Source: Pseudomonadota bacterium
GTDB taxonomy: Bacteria; Pseudomonadota; Alphaproteobacteria; UBA8366
NCBI GenBank assembly: GCA_036339585.1
Contig: JAYZAS010000006.1
Span: forward strand, 66,972-130,971
DNA: 64,000 bases
Direction of reading: 5' to 3'
Under the pieces are notes generated by a model. It did not search any database and was not told the origin of the DNA. It saw nothing but the letters and a program-made list of their open reading frames with translations. Shown piece after piece: positions 40,852 to 54,214 of the stretch (positions are counted from its first letter, which is position 1; each line of letters begins with the position of its first letter). Position numbers and translations under genes: made by a program.

Positions 40852-41600
40852 ACCAGAGTCCTACTTAAAAAAACGTCGCCTGCAGATATTTTATCCACTC
40901 GTCCATCTGCACCTCGTAATAAGAGTGCTCCTCTCTCATCAAGACTCTCGAACACACCCTCTAGTTCGCGATCACCTGTTTTAACTAGAATTTTTTCACC
41001 CAAACCGACTGCATGGTCAAGCCATTCAGCCAAGATTATATCCAGACCAGAAACTGCCCATTTATTTTCAAGTTCCAAAAATCGTTCAATTAAATCAAAA
41101 AAAAGCACATCAACCGACACCTCACAACCCAAATCACGCAGGCAGGTAGCAGGGTATTTCAACTTATCAGGGGCTGACGCAACATTCACGCCTATGCCGA
41201 CTATCACGCTTGAATGTTTAGAACCAACGGCGCTAGCGACCTCGAGAAGTATTCCAGACATTTTGGCACTTGCCACAAGTATATCATTGGGCCACTTAGT
41301 TTTTACCGAGTGGGTTGGAATTAATTTTTTGATACATCGTTGAACAGCCACAGATGCGACAAAGCTTAATTCGCTAAGACGGGCAGGCGGCACGCTGGGA
41401 CAAACCACAATACTACATGCTAAATTGCCGGGAAGAGACTGCCATTGTCTTCCATTACGTCCCCTCGCAGCAGTTTGACGATCGCTGCTAACAACAAATT
41501 TTTCCGAAAAGCCGGCCTTAACCAGTAGTTTGGCTTGCTCATTTGTGGAGTCAAGTACCCCGTATCTAAGAATACGAATCCCATCACTGAAGTCGGCCAT
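40848..41600 (-). CDS. birA: biotin--[acetyl-CoA-carboxylase] ligase (group I, no N-terminal HTH)
   Basis: DSTNEQAK, GRGRNGRQWQS-like (AARGRNGRQWQS), and KWPNDIL. ATG 41600 is chosen, 13 nt after the nuoN stop. The track ORF (41660) would overlap nuoN by 47 nt. Confidence 0.85.
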   Translation of the reverse strand: MADFSDGIRILRYGVLDSTNEQAKLLVKAGFSEKFVVSSDRQTAARGRNGRQWQSLPGNLACSIVVCPSVPPARLSELSFVASVAVQRCIKKLIPTHSVKTKWPNDILVASAKMSGILLEVASAVGSKHSSVIVGIGVNVASAPDKLKYPATCLRDLGCEVSVDVLFFDLIERFLELENKWAVSGLDIILAEWLDHAVGLGEKILVKTGDRELEGVFESLDERGALLLRGADGRVDKISAGDVFLSRTLV

Positions 41601-41613
41601 TACCAATCCTAAA

Positions 41614-43062
41614 CTATTTTTCAAAAAGGACGGACGCCGCAGTAGACGCGCTATCAACAAGCAATGAAGGACTCAAGAAAAACAATAAAATTGTCAAGGC
41701 GCAGAGCGAAATAATCACACTTATCCGCTTTCCAATGGCACTATCAAGCTCGTCCGATAAATTATCGAAGTACATAACCTTAACTATACGAAGATAATAG
41801 AATGAACCAACTACACTAGCGAGAACACCGATGACAGCGAGCGAATACAATTCAGCTTCGATCGCAGCAAGAAAAATATATAGTTTACCGAAAAATCCGG
41901 CGAGCGGTGGTATTCCAGCCATCGAAAACATAAACAATAGTAGAGCTGCTGCTATCGCTGGATGCGATTTGCCTAATCCCGCTAGATCGCTAATTTGCTC
42001 GACGCTGCTACCTTTTCTCTTCATGCATAAAATACAGGCGAAAGTCCCTATAACCATTACAATATAAATAGCTAAGTATATTAATACTGCGGTCGTGCCT
42101 TCTTTCGTACACGCCCCGAGACCAATCAATGCGTAACCCGCATGGCCAATTGAACTGTAGGCCATAAGACGTTTTATATTTGTTTGGCTTATTGCAGCAA
42201 GCGCCGCGAGTACCATCGAAAGAACTGAGAGCACTATAATGATCTGTTGCCATTGATCCGCCATGCCCTGGAACGGCCCCATAGTTATCCGGACAAAAAG
42301 TGCCATGGCAGCTACTTTTGGTGCAGCTGCAAAAAAAGCTGTCACAGGTGTTGGCGCCCCTTCATAAACGTCTGGCGTCCACATGTGAAAAGGGACAGCC
42401 GCCACTTTAAAAGCTAAACCGACAATTAAAAAAACCAGCCCGGTCAATAAACCCAAAGAGATATTACTTGCACCAGCTATTGCAGTCTCGAGGCCTGCGA
42501 AACTGGTTGTCCCTGCATATCCATAAATCAAGGAACAGCCGTACAAAAGCATCCCTGAAGACAACGCACCCAAGACGAAATATTTTAGTCCTGCTTCGCT
42601 AGAGCGCAACGAGTCTCGATTTAAAGCGGCAACAACATAAAGAGCTAAACTTTGTAACTCTAAACCTATGTAGAGCGACATTAGGTCATTGGCCGAAACC
42701 ATTAACATCATGCCTATAGTCGCAAAGGTTATAAGAATAGGGTATTCAAAATGTGCTATTTTAATTTTTCGCACCGCGCGATCGCCGATTAAGATAACTA
42801 AAGCAGCCGCCAGCAGCACAATAACTTTAATATATTGTGCAAAACCGTCATTAATAAATAAGTCATTAAAGGCCAGTTTCGTCCCTGTTTTGGAAAATAG
42901 TACAAGTCCGATTGCCACAAAAAGACTAAGCACGGCTGCATTAGAGATTAAAGTATATGCCCTATCTGCGGACGTGTAGACACCAACTACCATCATGCCC
43001 ATTGCGGTTACGACCAACAAAAGCTCAGGCAAAGAAATAAGGAGGTCAACAAAACTATTCAT
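41614..43062 (-). CDS. nuoN: NADH-quinone oxidoreductase subunit N
   Basis: 482 aa polytopic antiporter-like subunit, last gene of the nuo cluster. Confidence 0.92.
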   Translation of the reverse strand: MNSFVDLLISLPELLLVVTAMGMMVVGVYTSADRAYTLISNAAVLSLFVAIGLVLFSKTGTKLAFNDLFINDGFAQYIKVIVLLAAALVILIGDRAVRKIKIAHFEYPILITFATIGMMLMVSANDLMSLYIGLELQSLALYVVAALNRDSLRSSEAGLKYFVLGALSSGMLLYGCSLIYGYAGTTSFAGLETAIAGASNISLGLLTGLVFLIVGLAFKVAAVPFHMWTPDVYEGAPTPVTAFFAAAPKVAAMALFVRITMGPFQGMADQWQQIIIVLSVLSMVLAALAAISQTNIKRLMAYSSIGHAGYALIGLGACTKEGTTAVLIYLAIYIVMVIGTFACILCMKRKGSSVEQISDLAGLGKSHPAIAAALLLFMFSMAGIPPLAGFFGKLYIFLAAIEAELYSLAVIGVLASVVGSFYYLRIVKVMYFDNLSDELDSAIGKRISVIISLCALTILLFFLSPSLLVDSASTAASVLFEK

Positions 43063-43074
43063 ACAAATAAGCCC

Positions 43075-44610
43075 CTAGCGAAACGCCATATTATTATTTG
43101 GAGTTGCGGCCTCGTAACTAGCTAAAGCATAATCATAATCGACTAATAGCTTGGTGATAGAAATTTCCATCGGCTCCAGAAAAGATGTGGGATAAATGCC
43201 CATCCAAAGAACGACCAACACCAAGGGCGTAAAAACCAAAATTTCTCTTTTATTAAGATCGGCAATACTCAATAGCTCGTCCTTTTTGAGCAACCCAAAG
43301 ATGATGCGTCTGTAGAGGTAAAGCATATACGCTGCCCCTAGAATAAGGCCGGTTGCTATTAAAGCTGCGATCCAAGTGTTTGACTTAAAAGCACCTAGTA
43401 ATACAAGTAATTCGCCAACAAACCCGCTCGTGCCAGGCAACCCTATTGATGCAAGCATAAAGATCATAAACACGGCGGCATACTTGGGCATCCGATGAAC
43501 TAACCCTCCATAATCCGCAATAACACGACTATGCCGCCTGTCATAGACAACCCCTACACATAAAAATAACGCAGCTGAAACAATGCCGTGACTGAGCATT
43601 TGAATAATTGCGCCCGTCACACCTTGCTGGTTAGCGACGAAAATCCCAACAGTAACAAATCCCATATGTGCTACGGAGGAATAAGCAATGAGTTTTTTCA
43701 TATCTTCTTGTGCTAGTGCGACAAGCGACGTGTATATAACAGCTATAATGCTTAGTAGAAAAACGACTGGCGCGAAAACATCTGAAGCAAGCGGGAACAT
43801 GGGCAATGAAAATCGTAGAAAACCATAGCCACCCATTTTTAAGAGCACACCAGCAAGAATCACCGACCCCGCGGTAGGAGCTTCAACGTGAGCATCAGGA
43901 AGCCACGTATGCACCGGCCACATTGGAATTTTGACAGCAAAAGAAGCGAAGAAGGCGAGCCAAAGCCAAATTTGAAGACCACGATTGAATTCATATGTCA
44001 TAAGATCAGGAATGTTTGTGGTGCCTGCAGTTATATAAATAACGAGCATAGCTAGTAGCATCAAAACCGAACCGAGCAAGGTATATAAAAAAAGTTTGAA
44101 TGAGGCATAAACCCGCCGTGGACCACCCCATACACCGATGATAATAAACATTGGGATGAGAACTGCCTCGAAGAAAATATAAAATAATACCATGTCAAGG
44201 GCACAAAAAACCCCAACCATAAAGGTTTCTAATGCCAAAAAGGCTATCATATATTCCCGAACATGATTTCGAATTGCTGTCCAACTCGCTATGACACAAA
44301 TGGGGGTTAAGAAGGTTGAGAGCAACACAAAAAATAACGATATCCCATCAATACCAACATGATAATGGATACCCAGCGACGATATCCATTCTACTTTTTC
44401 AATGAACTGAAAACCCGCTTTTGTGGGGTCAAAGTCTACCCAAAGAAAAAGAGATACAACAAATGTTGCTACAGAAGCCCATACCGCAATCCAACGTGCA
44501 CTATTATCGGCAGCCTCTTGGTCTTCTCGCAAGAGGTAGGTTAGCAGAATAAATAAAACACCCACTAAAGGTGTGAATATAGTAAGACTGAGCAGATATA
44601 AATTCGACAT
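43075..44610 (-). CDS. nuoM: NADH-quinone oxidoreductase subunit M
   Basis: 511 aa antiporter-like subunit ([28 protein letters not shown]). Confidence 0.93.
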   Translation of the reverse strand: MSNLYLLSLTIFTPLVGVLFILLTYLLREDQEAADNSARWIAVWASVATFVVSLFLWVDFDPTKAGFQFIEKVEWISSLGIHYHVGIDGISLFFVLLSTFLTPICVIASWTAIRNHVREYMIAFLALETFMVGVFCALDMVLFYIFFEAVLIPMFIIIGVWGGPRRVYASFKLFLYTLLGSVLMLLAMLVIYITAGTTNIPDLMTYEFNRGLQIWLWLAFFASFAVKIPMWPVHTWLPDAHVEAPTAGSVILAGVLLKMGGYGFLRFSLPMFPLASDVFAPVVFLLSIIAVIYTSLVALAQEDMKKLIAYSSVAHMGFVTVGIFVANQQGVTGAIIQMLSHGIVSAALFLCVGVVYDRRHSRVIADYGGLVHRMPKYAAVFMIFMLASIGLPGTSGFVGELLVLLGAFKSNTWIAALIATGLILGAAYMLYLYRRIIFGLLKKDELLSIADLNKREILVFTPLVLVVLWMGIYPTSFLEPMEISITKLLVDYDYALASYEAATPNNNMAFR

Positions 44611-44615
44611 GAATC

Positions 44616-46571
44616 CTACCGCAAAAATTCTGAAAAAAGGTACCAGCTTACAAGGCCAACAAGCCCAATCAACATAGCGAATGCATAGTGGTAGACATAC
44701 CCAGTTTGTAGAATACTAACCAACTTCGAAAAGCGTAAAGTAATCATCGCAACGCCATCAGGACCAAGCCTATCTATCACGGCTCCGTCACCAGATTTCC
44801 AAAGATACCGTCCTATAGCAAATGAGGGCCTTACGAAGATCCGGTCGTACAGCTCATCGAAATACCATTTATTGTATGATATTTTGTAAAGTGGCCTGAA
44901 CCGTGCGGCACAAATCATAGGCAACTTATCGTTTCGAATATAGAAAATGTAAGCAATTGAAATTCCCACAATACCTGCAGCAAGCGGAGACACTTTTACC
45001 CACAGAGGTACATTGTGAGCATTCTCTAATGCCGTATGAGTGGGAAGCATAAATAACGCATTCCCCCAAAATGACCTCATTTGATCGCCCCCGCCAGCAA
45101 AGGCTGTGTGCCCCAGGTAGCCAGCTATTAGAGCACCAGCTGCAAGAACGAGCAGCGGCACCCACATAATAGCCGGAGATTCATGAACATGGGCAAGCGT
45201 GCGCTCGTCGCAACGCGCCTGTCCGTGAAAGGTAAGAAACAATAGCCTCCAAGAATAAAATGCAGTCATTAGGGCCGCAATTAAGCCAAGCCAAAATGAG
45301 TAATATCCGTAAATGCTATCCGCTGCCCATGCGGATTCAAGGATTATATCTTTCGAGTGAAAACCAGCAAATCCGCCCAATCCAGGAATACCTATTCCAG
45401 CGAGAGCCAGCGAGCCAATCCACATATAAACATACGTGATGGGTACCAACTTACGAATTCCGCCCATCTTGCGCATATCCTGCTCGTCAGACATAGCGTG
45501 TATGACACAACCAGACCCGAGGAATAGCAACGCCTTAAAAAAGGCATGTGTAAACAAGTGGAACATCGCCGCACCGTAGGCAGATAAACCAGCAGCAAAA
45601 AACATGTATCCCAATTGAGAGCAGGTTGAATACGCAATCACCCGTTTGATATCATTCTGCGTGAGGCCGACGGTTGCTGCAAAAAAAGCTGTTGACGCAC
45701 CGACGACAGCCACGACAGCAAGGGCTGTTTCAGAGTACTCAAATAATGGAGATAAACGACATACCATGAAAACGCCGGCAGTCACCATTGTCGCTGCATG
45801 TATGAGAGCAGACACGGGTGTCGGACCTTCCATTGCATCAGGCAACCAAGTATGAAGCCCAAGTTGGGCTGATTTTCCCATTGCGCCAATAAACAAGAGA
45901 AGACATAAGATTGTGATCGCGTGAAATTCTACTCCCAGAAATATTATTTCTGCTTCCGACTTGCTGGATGCCGCAAGAAAAATGTTATCAAGTTGGATAG
46001 TTCCAAACAGAACAAAAACGCCAAATATACCGAGCGCGTAGCCAAAATCACCTACTCTGTTGACAACAAATGCTTTTATCGCAGCGGCATTGGCACTCGG
46101 TTTATCAAACCAAAAACCAATCAACAAATAGGAGCATAACCCGACACCCTCCCAACCAAAAAACATTTGAATTAAATTATCGGAGGTGACCAACATCAAC
46201 ATGAAAAAGGTAAAAAAACTAAGATAGGAGAAGAAACGGGGTATAGATTTGTCGTGGTGCATATATCCTATGGAATACCAGTGAACTACACTGGAAACGG
46301 TGGTCACTACAACGAGCATTACCACTGTCAATTGGTCGATAAGAAGTGCCCAATCAAAAATAAACTTATCAACCGACACCCAATTTAATAGATGTACAGT
46401 ACGAGGCCCTGCCCCCCATATCACGTCGTAAAATAATACCCATGATAAAACTGCTGATATTGTAAGTAACGAAGACGTGACGAGAGCTGCACCCCGATCA
46501 CGCAAAACAAAACCGAACAAACCTGCTAATACAGCACCTAATAACGGAAGAAAAACGGCTAAAGTTTCCAT
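44616..46571 (-). CDS. nuoL: NADH-quinone oxidoreductase subunit L
   Basis: 651 aa with [25 protein letters not shown] and a C-terminal lateral-helix region. Confidence 0.93.
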   Translation of the reverse strand: METLAVFLPLLGAVLAGLFGFVLRDRGAALVTSSLLTISAVLSWVLFYDVIWGAGPRTVHLLNWVSVDKFIFDWALLIDQLTVVMLVVVTTVSSVVHWYSIGYMHHDKSIPRFFSYLSFFTFFMLMLVTSDNLIQMFFGWEGVGLCSYLLIGFWFDKPSANAAAIKAFVVNRVGDFGYALGIFGVFVLFGTIQLDNIFLAASSKSEAEIIFLGVEFHAITILCLLLFIGAMGKSAQLGLHTWLPDAMEGPTPVSALIHAATMVTAGVFMVCRLSPLFEYSETALAVVAVVGASTAFFAATVGLTQNDIKRVIAYSTCSQLGYMFFAAGLSAYGAAMFHLFTHAFFKALLFLGSGCVIHAMSDEQDMRKMGGIRKLVPITYVYMWIGSLALAGIGIPGLGGFAGFHSKDIILESAWAADSIYGYYSFWLGLIAALMTAFYSWRLLFLTFHGQARCDERTLAHVHESPAIMWVPLLVLAAGALIAGYLGHTAFAGGGDQMRSFWGNALFMLPTHTALENAHNVPLWVKVSPLAAGIVGISIAYIFYIRNDKLPMICAARFRPLYKISYNKWYFDELYDRIFVRPSFAIGRYLWKSGDGAVIDRLGPDGVAMITLRFSKLVSILQTGYVYHYAFAMLIGLVGLVSWYLFSEFLR

Positions 46572-46577
46572 TAACCA

Positions 46578-46886
46578 TCAGCCTTTCATCATATTGATAT
46601 CTTCAACCGCAATCGAACCACGATTCCGATAATAAACCACCAGGATAGCCAGTCCGATTGCTGCCTCTGCAGCAGCTACAGTTAGAACAAACAGAGCAAA
46701 AACTTGACCGACCAAGTTTTGGAGATGCGTGGAAAAAGCAACAAAATTGATATTAACAGCAAGCAACATAAGCTCTATTGACATCAAAATAATAATTACG
46801 TTTTTACGATTAATAAAAATACCGAAAAGACCAAGGGCAAAAAGCACGGCTCCAAGCCCTAGATAGTGCCCAAGTGTAATTTCCAA
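46578..46886 (-). CDS. nuoK: NADH-quinone oxidoreductase subunit K
   Basis: 102 aa with three TM segments ([20 protein letters not shown]). Confidence 0.92.
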   Translation of the reverse strand: MEITLGHYLGLGAVLFALGLFGIFINRKNVIIILMSIELMLLAVNINFVAFSTHLQNLVGQVFALFVLTVAAAEAAIGLAILVVYYRNRGSIAVEDINMMKG

Positions 46887-46888
46887 AA

Positions 46889-47512
46889 CTAAACCCCGCT
46901 ACCCGTTTTAACGTCGATAATTTCAATGGCTTCTTCGGGTTTCCGATCTAGCTGAGCCGTTATGCGTTGCCTTTTCACACCTTCACGCTGTCTCAAAGTG
47001 AGTACAATAGCTCCCAGCATTGCGATCAATAAAATAAGACCAGAAGCCTGAAAAAGGTAAACGTATTTAGTATATATCAGACGACCCAGTGCCAATGTAT
47101 TGGACACACCATCAATAACCTGGGTGTTGACTGAAGCACTCTTTAAGTCAGCAGGAGAAATAACCCAGCCACTGACCACCATTAGTAACTCTAAAATAAG
47201 GACAAGACCAATCAATCCGCCGATTGGAAGGTATTGCAAAAAACCCTGCCTAAGTTGCACAAAATTTATGTCGAGCATCATAACAACAAAAAGAAACAAC
47301 ACAGCGACTGCGCCTACATAAACTATTACCAATGTCATTGCGAGATATTCTGCCCCCATTAAGACAAAGAGACCGGCAGAATTAAAAAAAGCCAGAATTA
47401 AGAAAAGAACTGAATGCACTGGATTACGCGAGCCAATCACCATTGCCGCCGAAGCGATAGTAACGCTAGCGAAAACATAAAACGCTATTGCTTGCACCAT
47501 CATGAACGCCAC
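46889..47512 (-). CDS. nuoJ: NADH-quinone oxidoreductase subunit J
   Basis: 207 aa membrane subunit between nuoI and nuoK ([15 protein letters not shown]). Confidence 0.9.
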   Translation of the reverse strand: MAFMMVQAIAFYVFASVTIASAAMVIGSRNPVHSVLFLILAFFNSAGLFVLMGAEYLAMTLVIVYVGAVAVLFLFVVMMLDINFVQLRQGFLQYLPIGGLIGLVLILELLMVVSGWVISPADLKSASVNTQVIDGVSNTLALGRLIYTKYVYLFQASGLILLIAMLGAIVLTLRQREGVKRQRITAQLDRKPEEAIEIIDVKTGSGV

Positions 47513-47540
47513 TATCCTTTGTTAAAGTGCCAAAACTTTT

Positions 47541-48029
47541 TTATCTATACGGTGCGTCGAGGTTTATATTATTGGCTAATTCACTTTCCCAACGTTCACC
47601 ATTCCTCAATAATTTTCCCTTATTATAAAAAAGCTCCTCTCGCGTTTCTTTGGAAAATTCATAATTAGGCCCTTCCACTATTGCGTCAACTGGGCACGCT
47701 TCTTGGCAGAAACCACAATAAATACATTTAGTCATGTCTATATCATAGCGTGTAGTGCGGCGTGAACCATCCTCCCTAGGCTCTGCCTCAATCGTTATCG
47801 CCTGTGCAGGACATACAGCTTCACAAAGCTTGCATGCAATGCATCGCTCCTCACCGTTGGGATATCTCCTGAGGGCGTGTTCTCCTCGAAACCTTGGGCT
47901 AAGTGGCCCTTTTTCATAGGGATAATTTATAGTGTACTTCGGTTTAAACATAGATTTAAACGTAAGCCACATGCCAGCAATAAGCTCTACCAACAAAAAA
48001 CCACGTGCTGCACGGTCAAGTATAGACAT
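47541..48029 (-). CDS. nuoI: NADH-quinone oxidoreductase subunit I
   Basis: Two 4Fe-4S ferredoxin motifs, [12 protein letters not shown] and [12 protein letters not shown]. Confidence 0.95.
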   Translation of the reverse strand: MSILDRAARGFLLVELIAGMWLTFKSMFKPKYTINYPYEKGPLSPRFRGEHALRRYPNGEERCIACKLCEAVCPAQAITIEAEPREDGSRRTTRYDIDMTKCIYCGFCQEACPVDAIVEGPNYEFSKETREELFYNKGKLLRNGERWESELANNINLDAPYR

Positions 48030-48037
48030 GTTACTAA

Positions 48038-49069
48038 TTACCTCCCCCCTGCAACCGGCAAAAGATCAAAAACAAGAAGAAAACCTGCGGTAAGTACTAC
48101 GAATACCAATGAAAGGGGAAGAAAAACCTTCCAACCGAGGCGCATTAATTGATCATAACGATAACGCGGAAAAGTGGCGCGCACCCATAGAAAGAGAAAA
48201 AGCACGGCCATAATTTTTAAAACGAACCAAATCGGGCCAGGGACAACAGTAAAGGGATACATGTCAAAAGGAGGTAACCATCCTCCTAGGAATAACACCA
48301 CGGTCATACCACTCATCAAAATCATGTTGGCATATTCCCCGAGAAAGAACATAGCAAACGTCATTGATGAATATTCCACATTGTACCCGGAAACTAATTC
48401 CGCTTCAGCCTCAGGCAAATCAAAAGGTGCGCGGTTTGTTTCAGCCAGAGCTGAAATAAAGAAAACAACAAACATGGGCAGTAAGGGCAAAAAATGCCAG
48501 TGCAGAATTCCACCTTTCTGCGCCACAACAATGTCACTGAGGTTAAGCGATCCAACCGCTAGTAATACGGTTATTATCACAAAGCCAATTGATACTTCGT
48601 AAGAGACCATCTGTGCAGCGGAGCGCAGTGCACCAAGAAAAGCGTATTTTGAATTAGATGCCCAGCCGGCCATTATGATGCCGTAAACACCGAGAGAGGA
48701 AATCGCAAAAAGATAGAGTACGCCGACGTTGATATCGGCGAGCACCAGTCCCTCACCAAATGGGATTACTGCCCAAGCTATCAAAGCCAATATAAAAGTA
48801 ATCATGGGTGCTAGCACAAATACAACTCGGTTGGCACTGGCAGGAATAACAGTTTCCTTTAAAAACAGCTTAAGCCCGTCTGCGATAGGCTGGAGTAATC
48901 CGAACGGGCCCACAACGTTCGGTCCACGCCGCAGTTGGATCCACCCAATAACCTTTCTTTCAGCCAAAGTAAGGTACGCCACGCCAAGAAGAAGAGGTAC
49001 TGTAATAGCCAGAATACCCCCAATGATCCATGCGACCGGCGCGACATATAATTGGAAAAATTCAGCCAT
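48038..49069 (-). CDS. nuoH: NADH-quinone oxidoreductase subunit H
   Basis: 343 aa with [17 protein letters not shown] and [18 protein letters not shown]. Confidence 0.95.
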   Translation of the reverse strand: MAEFFQLYVAPVAWIIGGILAITVPLLLGVAYLTLAERKVIGWIQLRRGPNVVGPFGLLQPIADGLKLFLKETVIPASANRVVFVLAPMITFILALIAWAVIPFGEGLVLADINVGVLYLFAISSLGVYGIIMAGWASNSKYAFLGALRSAAQMVSYEVSIGFVIITVLLAVGSLNLSDIVVAQKGGILHWHFLPLLPMFVVFFISALAETNRAPFDLPEAEAELVSGYNVEYSSMTFAMFFLGEYANMILMSGMTVVLFLGGWLPPFDMYPFTVVPGPIWFVLKIMAVLFLFLWVRATFPRYRYDQLMRLGWKVFLPLSLVFVVLTAGFLLVFDLLPVAGGR

Positions 49070-51131
49070 TGGTTCCTGTAGCCTTCAAGGAATTTACGCC
49101 TAATTCTTCAGTGCATTGCGCCATCGTTTCTGAGGCCCTTGTGATAGAATTAGTCATATAAAAGTTTGACACAATATTTGTTAAAGGTGCCGGGTCGACT
49201 TTACCTTCATTAGGTTTAAAACCATACCATTTAGCTGCCGTTAAAGTATTCAGGGCTAGCATTGAGGGGTAGGAGCTCCGAAGTTTTCCTCTAAGCTCAT
49301 CGAGAGTATCAAAAGGCAACGGATGATTTAAAGCCCCAGACAACGCACGGATTACCGCCCAATCCTCCCGTGCTTCACCTGGTGGAAATGTAGCACGTGC
49401 CGCCATCTGCACACGACCCTCGGTGTTCACATAGGTAGCGGGTTTTTCGGTATACGCAGCACCCGGCAATATAACGTCCGCTCTGTGGGCACCGGCATCG
49501 CCATGGTGCCCTTGGTAAACAATGAACGCGTCACCAAAACCATCCATATTTACCTCATCGGCACCTAATAGATAAACGAGCCCAATTTCGCCAGACTGTG
49601 CCCTAGTCTGAATTTCATCAACGCCACCACCACCATTGGCAGGGACAAATTCAATGTCTAGCCCGCCGACCCGTGCCGCAGCTGTATGAAGTACGTTAAA
49701 ACCGTTCCAATCATCGGTAACAATTCCATGCACATCAGCGACTTTTTTTGCCATAGCAAGGATGGCCTCCCCATCTGCCCGGGTCAGCGCACCCATTCCT
49801 ATTATCACCATAGGCTTTTCTGATGCGGAAAGGATCCCTGAAAAAGAGTGGCTACCTTCGGCGATAGCACGAAGTGAGTCAACGTTATTACCCAGATGCT
49901 CATACTCGTAAGTTAAATCAGAAGGTTCCCCAATTAATGCAATCGGCAATCCCCTGGTAAACCAATTACGACGAATACGAGCATTAAGGACGGATGCCTC
50001 GACACGAGGGTTAGTCCCGATTAATAGCAAAGAATCGGTTTCATCAATCCCAGCTATACCAGAATTAAAGATGTATCCTGCGCGATGTTTCGCTGAAAGC
50101 TTTGCGCCATCTTGTCGACAATCAAGATTAGGGCAACCAAGCGAATGCATTAATTCTTTCAGTGCATACATACTCTCAATGCACGCTAAATCACCCGCAA
50201 GCGCGGCCATACCCTGCCCTTTTAACGGCTTTATTTTTTCTGCAACCGTTGAAAATGCTGTTCCCCAATCGACTGGGACTAACTTCCCGTGCTCACCGCG
50301 AACATACGGTCGATCCAAGCGTTGGCGAGAGAGCCCATCACATGCAAAACGTGTTTTATCTGATATCCATTCCTCATTAATTTCCTCGTGCAACCGCGGC
50401 AGAATACGCAGAACCTCATTTCCACGTGCATCCACGCGAATGTTGGATCCTTGTGCATCCATGACGTCTATACTTTCAGTTTTAGTAAGCTCCCAAGGAC
50501 GGGCAGTAAAAGCATATGGCTTAGAAGTCAATGCTCCTACCGGGCACAGATCAATAACGTTTCCCGAAAGCTCGGAATGTATCGCCTCCTCTAACGTTGA
50601 AATCTCAGCGTGTTCCCCTCGGTTTAACAACCCGATAGAATCCACGCCAGCAACTTCAGATGAAAAACGCACACAACGCGTGCAATGTATGCAACGTGTC
50701 ATAATCGTTTTCACTAAAGGCCCCATATATTTTTCTTTTACTGCGCGCTTGTTTTCGTCATATCGGCTGCCCTCGTGCCCGTATGCGACAGCCTGGTCTT
50801 GCAGATCACACTCGCCGCCCTGATCACAAATTGGGCAATCAAGTGGGTGGTTTATCAAAAGAAATTCCATCACACCCTTGCGTGCTTTACGGACCATATC
50901 GCTGTCTGTTTTGATCTCCATTCCGTCGGAAACCGGCAAGGCGCATGAGGCCTGGGGTTTCGGGGGGCCAGGGGACACCTCAACAAGACACATTCTGCAA
51001 TTACCGGCAACTGATAGTCTCTCGTGGTAACAAAAGCGTGGTATCTCCACGCCAGCCTGCTCACAGGCTTGGAGCACCGAAACCCCCGCCTCAACCTCTA
51101 ACTCTTCACCATCAATCGTAACTTTTGGCAT
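49062..51131 (-). CDS. nuoG: NADH-quinone oxidoreductase subunit G
   Basis: 689 aa. N-terminal 2Fe-2S and 4Fe-4S Cys clusters ([39 protein letters not shown]). Confidence 0.95.
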   Translation of the reverse strand: MPKVTIDGEELEVEAGVSVLQACEQAGVEIPRFCYHERLSVAGNCRMCLVEVSPGPPKPQASCALPVSDGMEIKTDSDMVRKARKGVMEFLLINHPLDCPICDQGGECDLQDQAVAYGHEGSRYDENKRAVKEKYMGPLVKTIMTRCIHCTRCVRFSSEVAGVDSIGLLNRGEHAEISTLEEAIHSELSGNVIDLCPVGALTSKPYAFTARPWELTKTESIDVMDAQGSNIRVDARGNEVLRILPRLHEEINEEWISDKTRFACDGLSRQRLDRPYVRGEHGKLVPVDWGTAFSTVAEKIKPLKGQGMAALAGDLACIESMYALKELMHSLGCPNLDCRQDGAKLSAKHRAGYIFNSGIAGIDETDSLLLIGTNPRVEASVLNARIRRNWFTRGLPIALIGEPSDLTYEYEHLGNNVDSLRAIAEGSHSFSGILSASEKPMVIIGMGALTRADGEAILAMAKKVADVHGIVTDDWNGFNVLHTAAARVGGLDIEFVPANGGGGVDEIQTRAQSGEIGLVYLLGADEVNMDGFGDAFIVYQGHHGDAGAHRADVILPGAAYTEKPATYVNTEGRVQMAARATFPPGEAREDWAVIRALSGALNHPLPFDTLDELRGKLRSSYPSMLALNTLTAAKWYGFKPNEGKVDPAPLTNIVSNFYMTNSITRASETMAQCTEELGVNSLKATGTNG

Positions 51132-51150
51132 CGTATAACCTTCAATCCAC

Positions 51151-52446
51151 CTATTCGGCCGCTTGCGCCGTTACTACAGAATTCTGCACTTTTAGGATAC
51201 GCTCTTCAATAACTGGCCTAAAGTGACGTATTAAACCCTGAACCGGCCAAGCCGCGGCATCACCAAGCGCGCAAATCGTATGTCCTTCCACCTGCTTTGA
51301 CACTTCCAATAAAGTATCTATTTCGTCTACTGTAGCGTTGCCTGCAGCTAGACGCTCTAAAACTCGCCACATCCAACCGGTACCCTCCCGACAAGGTGTG
51401 CACTGACCACAACTCTCGTGCTTATAAAAATAAGCAAGCCGGGCAATCGCCTTTATTATGTCTGTTGATTTATCCATCACGATGACCGCGGCGGTACCGA
51501 GACCAGTCTGGGCTTCTTTAAGCGCATCAAAATCCATGAGAATATCATCACAAACTTCTCTTGGAATGCATGGCGTAGAACTGCCGCCAGGTATCACCGC
51601 TAGCAAATTATCCCAACCACCACGCACGCCTCCAGCGTGCTTTTCAATCAAATCTTTAAGAGGCGTCGACATGGCCTCTTCAACATTACACGGCTGATTG
51701 ACATGCCCTGAAATACAAAAAACTTTTGTGCCATGGTTGTTCTCGCGACCAAACGAAGTGAACCAAGATGCGCCGCGTCGAAGAATTGTTGGGGCAACAG
51801 CAATAGTTTCAACGTTGTTTACGGTTGTAGGGCAACCATATAAGCCGGACATTGCCGGGAAAGGGGGTTTTAATCTCGGCTGACCTTTTTTGCCCTCTAG
51901 ACTTTCTAATAGGGCAGTCTCCTCTCCACAAATGTAAGCGCCGGCCCCGCGATGAACATACACGTCGAAAGCCCAGTCTGAATTTGCTGCATTTGAACCC
52001 AACAACTTAGCCTCATAAGCCTCTGCAACAGCAGCTTCTAATCTCATTGCTTCATTGTAGAATTCACCTCGAACGTAAATGTACGCAGAGTGAGCACCCA
52101 TAGCAAATCCTGCCACTAAACACCCTTCGATCAGCCTATGGGGATCGTGGCGTAATATATCACGATCCTTGCATGTTCCAGGCTCACTTTCATCCGCATT
52201 CACAACAAGATAGTGGGGACGTTCACTTTCCTCTTGAGGCATAAATGACCACTTAAGTCCCGTCGGGAAACCAGCCCCGCCACGACCGCGCAACCCCGAG
52301 GCCTTCATCTCCTCAATAATCCAGCCACGGCCTTTTTTGATTAAATCCGCTGTGCCGTCCCACACGCCTCTAGAGCGTGCCGCCTTTAACTCCCAATCCT
52401 CAAAACCGTAAAGATTTGTAAAGATACGATCTTTATCCTGTAACAT
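51151..52446 (-). CDS. nuoF: NADH-quinone oxidoreductase subunit F
   Basis: [32 protein letters not shown] and [12 protein letters not shown]. Confidence 0.96.
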   Translation of the reverse strand: MLQDKDRIFTNLYGFEDWELKAARSRGVWDGTADLIKKGRGWIIEEMKASGLRGRGGAGFPTGLKWSFMPQEESERPHYLVVNADESEPGTCKDRDILRHDPHRLIEGCLVAGFAMGAHSAYIYVRGEFYNEAMRLEAAVAEAYEAKLLGSNAANSDWAFDVYVHRGAGAYICGEETALLESLEGKKGQPRLKPPFPAMSGLYGCPTTVNNVETIAVAPTILRRGASWFTSFGRENNHGTKVFCISGHVNQPCNVEEAMSTPLKDLIEKHAGGVRGGWDNLLAVIPGGSSTPCIPREVCDDILMDFDALKEAQTGLGTAAVIVMDKSTDIIKAIARLAYFYKHESCGQCTPCREGTGWMWRVLERLAAGNATVDEIDTLLEVSKQVEGHTICALGDAAAWPVQGLIRHFRPVIEERILKVQNSVVTAQAAE

Positions 52447-53025
52447 TTACTTCATCGCCTCAATTAATGTAGTTCTTCCTTCGATCGGTTCAGAACTGGT
52501 TCGGCCCACTTGCGAACCAATCGTTGGCTGTCTACCCGCCCTAAGTTCTTCAAGCACATCAATCACATTCTCAGGCGTCAAATCCTCGTAAAGATCGTCG
52601 TTGATCTGAACCACGGGCGCGTTAACGCATGCACCAACACACTCAACCTCCATCAAACTAAACACACCGTCATCGGTTGTTTCGCCCATTCCAATTCCAA
52701 GGTGTTCTTTAATAGCGTCCACCACAGCCGACGAATCCCTAAGCCAGCACGGTGTTGTGGTACAACATTGAAGGAGAAACTTTCCAACAGGCTTGAGATT
52801 GATCATGGTGTAGAATGTTGCTACCTCGATGACTCTTATGCGCGGCATTTCAAGCATAGTTGATATTTCATCGATAGCCTCATCAGAAACATATCCTCCA
52901 ATTTGGCGTTGAGCTAAATCAAGCAGCGGCAAAACAGCGCTTTGTTTGCGGTCCTCGGGGTATTTAGCCAAAGCGCGTTTTACCTCACCCTCGTATTCCC
53001 CAATAAATGTGAAATTACTACCCAC
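52447..53025 (-). CDS. nuoE: NADH-quinone oxidoreductase subunit E
   Basis: 192 aa thioredoxin-like 2Fe-2S subunit (CxxxxC ... CxGAC: CCTTTPC, CVGACVNAP). Confidence 0.93.
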   Translation of the reverse strand: MGSNFTFIGEYEGEVKRALAKYPEDRKQSAVLPLLDLAQRQIGGYVSDEAIDEISTMLEMPRIRVIEVATFYTMINLKPVGKFLLQCCTTTPCWLRDSSAVVDAIKEHLGIGMGETTDDGVFSLMEVECVGACVNAPVVQINDDLYEDLTPENVIDVLEELRAGRQPTIGSQVGRTSSEPIEGRTTLIEAMK

Positions 53026-53033
53026 TCCCGCAC

Positions 53034-54212
53034 CTATCGGTCTATCTCGCCAAATACAATATCCATAGAGCCGAGCACTGCGACGGAGTCAGCCAACATA
53101 TGCCCCTTACAAATATGGTCCATTGCTTGAAGGTGAGCATATCCCGGAGCTCTGATTTTGCATCGATACGGTTTATTGGTACCGTCTGCAACGAGATACA
53201 CACCAAACTCGCCTTTCGGCGCCTCGACCGCGGTATAAGTATCGCCGTCAGGCACATGAAAACCCTCTGTATAAAGTTTAAAATGGTGTATCAATGCCTC
53301 CATTGAACGCTTCATTTCACCGCGCGACGGTGGCGCAGCTTTGCCGCGCGCCAGAACGTCACCAGAGGGCATTTTATCAATACATTGATGAATTATCTTC
53401 AAACTTTGACGAATTTCCTCAACACGGCAAAGATACCGGTCGTAGCAATCGCCATTCTTACCCACTGGGATATCAAACTGCAGCTCGTCATATACCATGT
53501 AAGGTTGGGACTTCCTAAGATCCCACGGGATCCCTGAGCCTCTTAGCATGGGACCAGAGAACCCCCAACCCATAGCATCTTTTGCCGAAACAATACCTAC
53601 ATCAACCGTCCGCTGCTTGAAAATTCGGTTTTCGTTAAGCAGCGTTTCTAAATCATCAATAAATTTGGGGAAGCCAACCGCCCACTCTTCTATGTCTTCC
53701 AACAATCCAGCGGGCAAGTCTTGGTGCACCCCACCTACGCGATAGTAGGCTGCATGTAATCGGGCTCCCGACGCACGCTCATAGAATTCCATGAGTATTT
53801 CTCGGTGTTCAAATGCCCAGAGCATCGGCGTCATGGCCCCAACATCGAGCGCAAAGGCCGTTAAATTAAGAAGGTGATTCAAAATACGGCCCAATTCATC
53901 GTAAAGAACACGAATGAATTGTCCGCGTCTTGGAACTTCAATTTTCAAAAGTTTTTCTGCAGCAAGAACAAAAGCATGTTCTTGATTCATTGGCGCTACA
54001 TAGTCTAGCCGATCAAAATAGGGAATTGCCTGAAGAAAAGTTTTATACTCAATCAGCTTTTCTGTACCACGGTGCAAGAGACCAATATGCGGATCAATGC
54101 GCTCCACAATCTCACCATCCATCTCCATCACCATGCGCAAAACCCCGTGAGCCGCTGGATGCTGCGGACCAAAATTAATGGTCATTGTTTTGAGCTTTTG
54201 TTCGGAAGCCAT
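53034..54212 (-). CDS. nuoD: NADH-quinone oxidoreductase subunit D
   Basis: 392 aa with [22 protein letters not shown], and a C-terminal DIVFGEIDR. Confidence 0.96.
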   Translation of the reverse strand: MASEQKLKTMTINFGPQHPAAHGVLRMVMEMDGEIVERIDPHIGLLHRGTEKLIEYKTFLQAIPYFDRLDYVAPMNQEHAFVLAAEKLLKIEVPRRGQFIRVLYDELGRILNHLLNLTAFALDVGAMTPMLWAFEHREILMEFYERASGARLHAAYYRVGGVHQDLPAGLLEDIEEWAVGFPKFIDDLETLLNENRIFKQRTVDVGIVSAKDAMGWGFSGPMLRGSGIPWDLRKSQPYMVYDELQFDIPVGKNGDCYDRYLCRVEEIRQSLKIIHQCIDKMPSGDVLARGKAAPPSRGEMKRSMEALIHHFKLYTEGFHVPDGDTYTAVEAPKGEFGVYLVADGTNKPYRCKIRAPGYAHLQAMDHICKGHMLADSVAVLGSMDIVFGEIDR

Positions 54213-54214
54213 AT

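Noticed and set aside
40786-41343. 185 aa plus-strand ORF, and other 60-160 aa ORFs opposite annotated genes throughout the track
   Set aside because: Each is nested antisense inside a gene with clear family signatures (here birA and coaX). None has independent support.
50071-50823. 250 aa plus-strand ORF
   Set aside because: It is antisense to the central part of nuoG. It has no recognisable motifs and a Ser/Arg/Cys-rich shadow composition.
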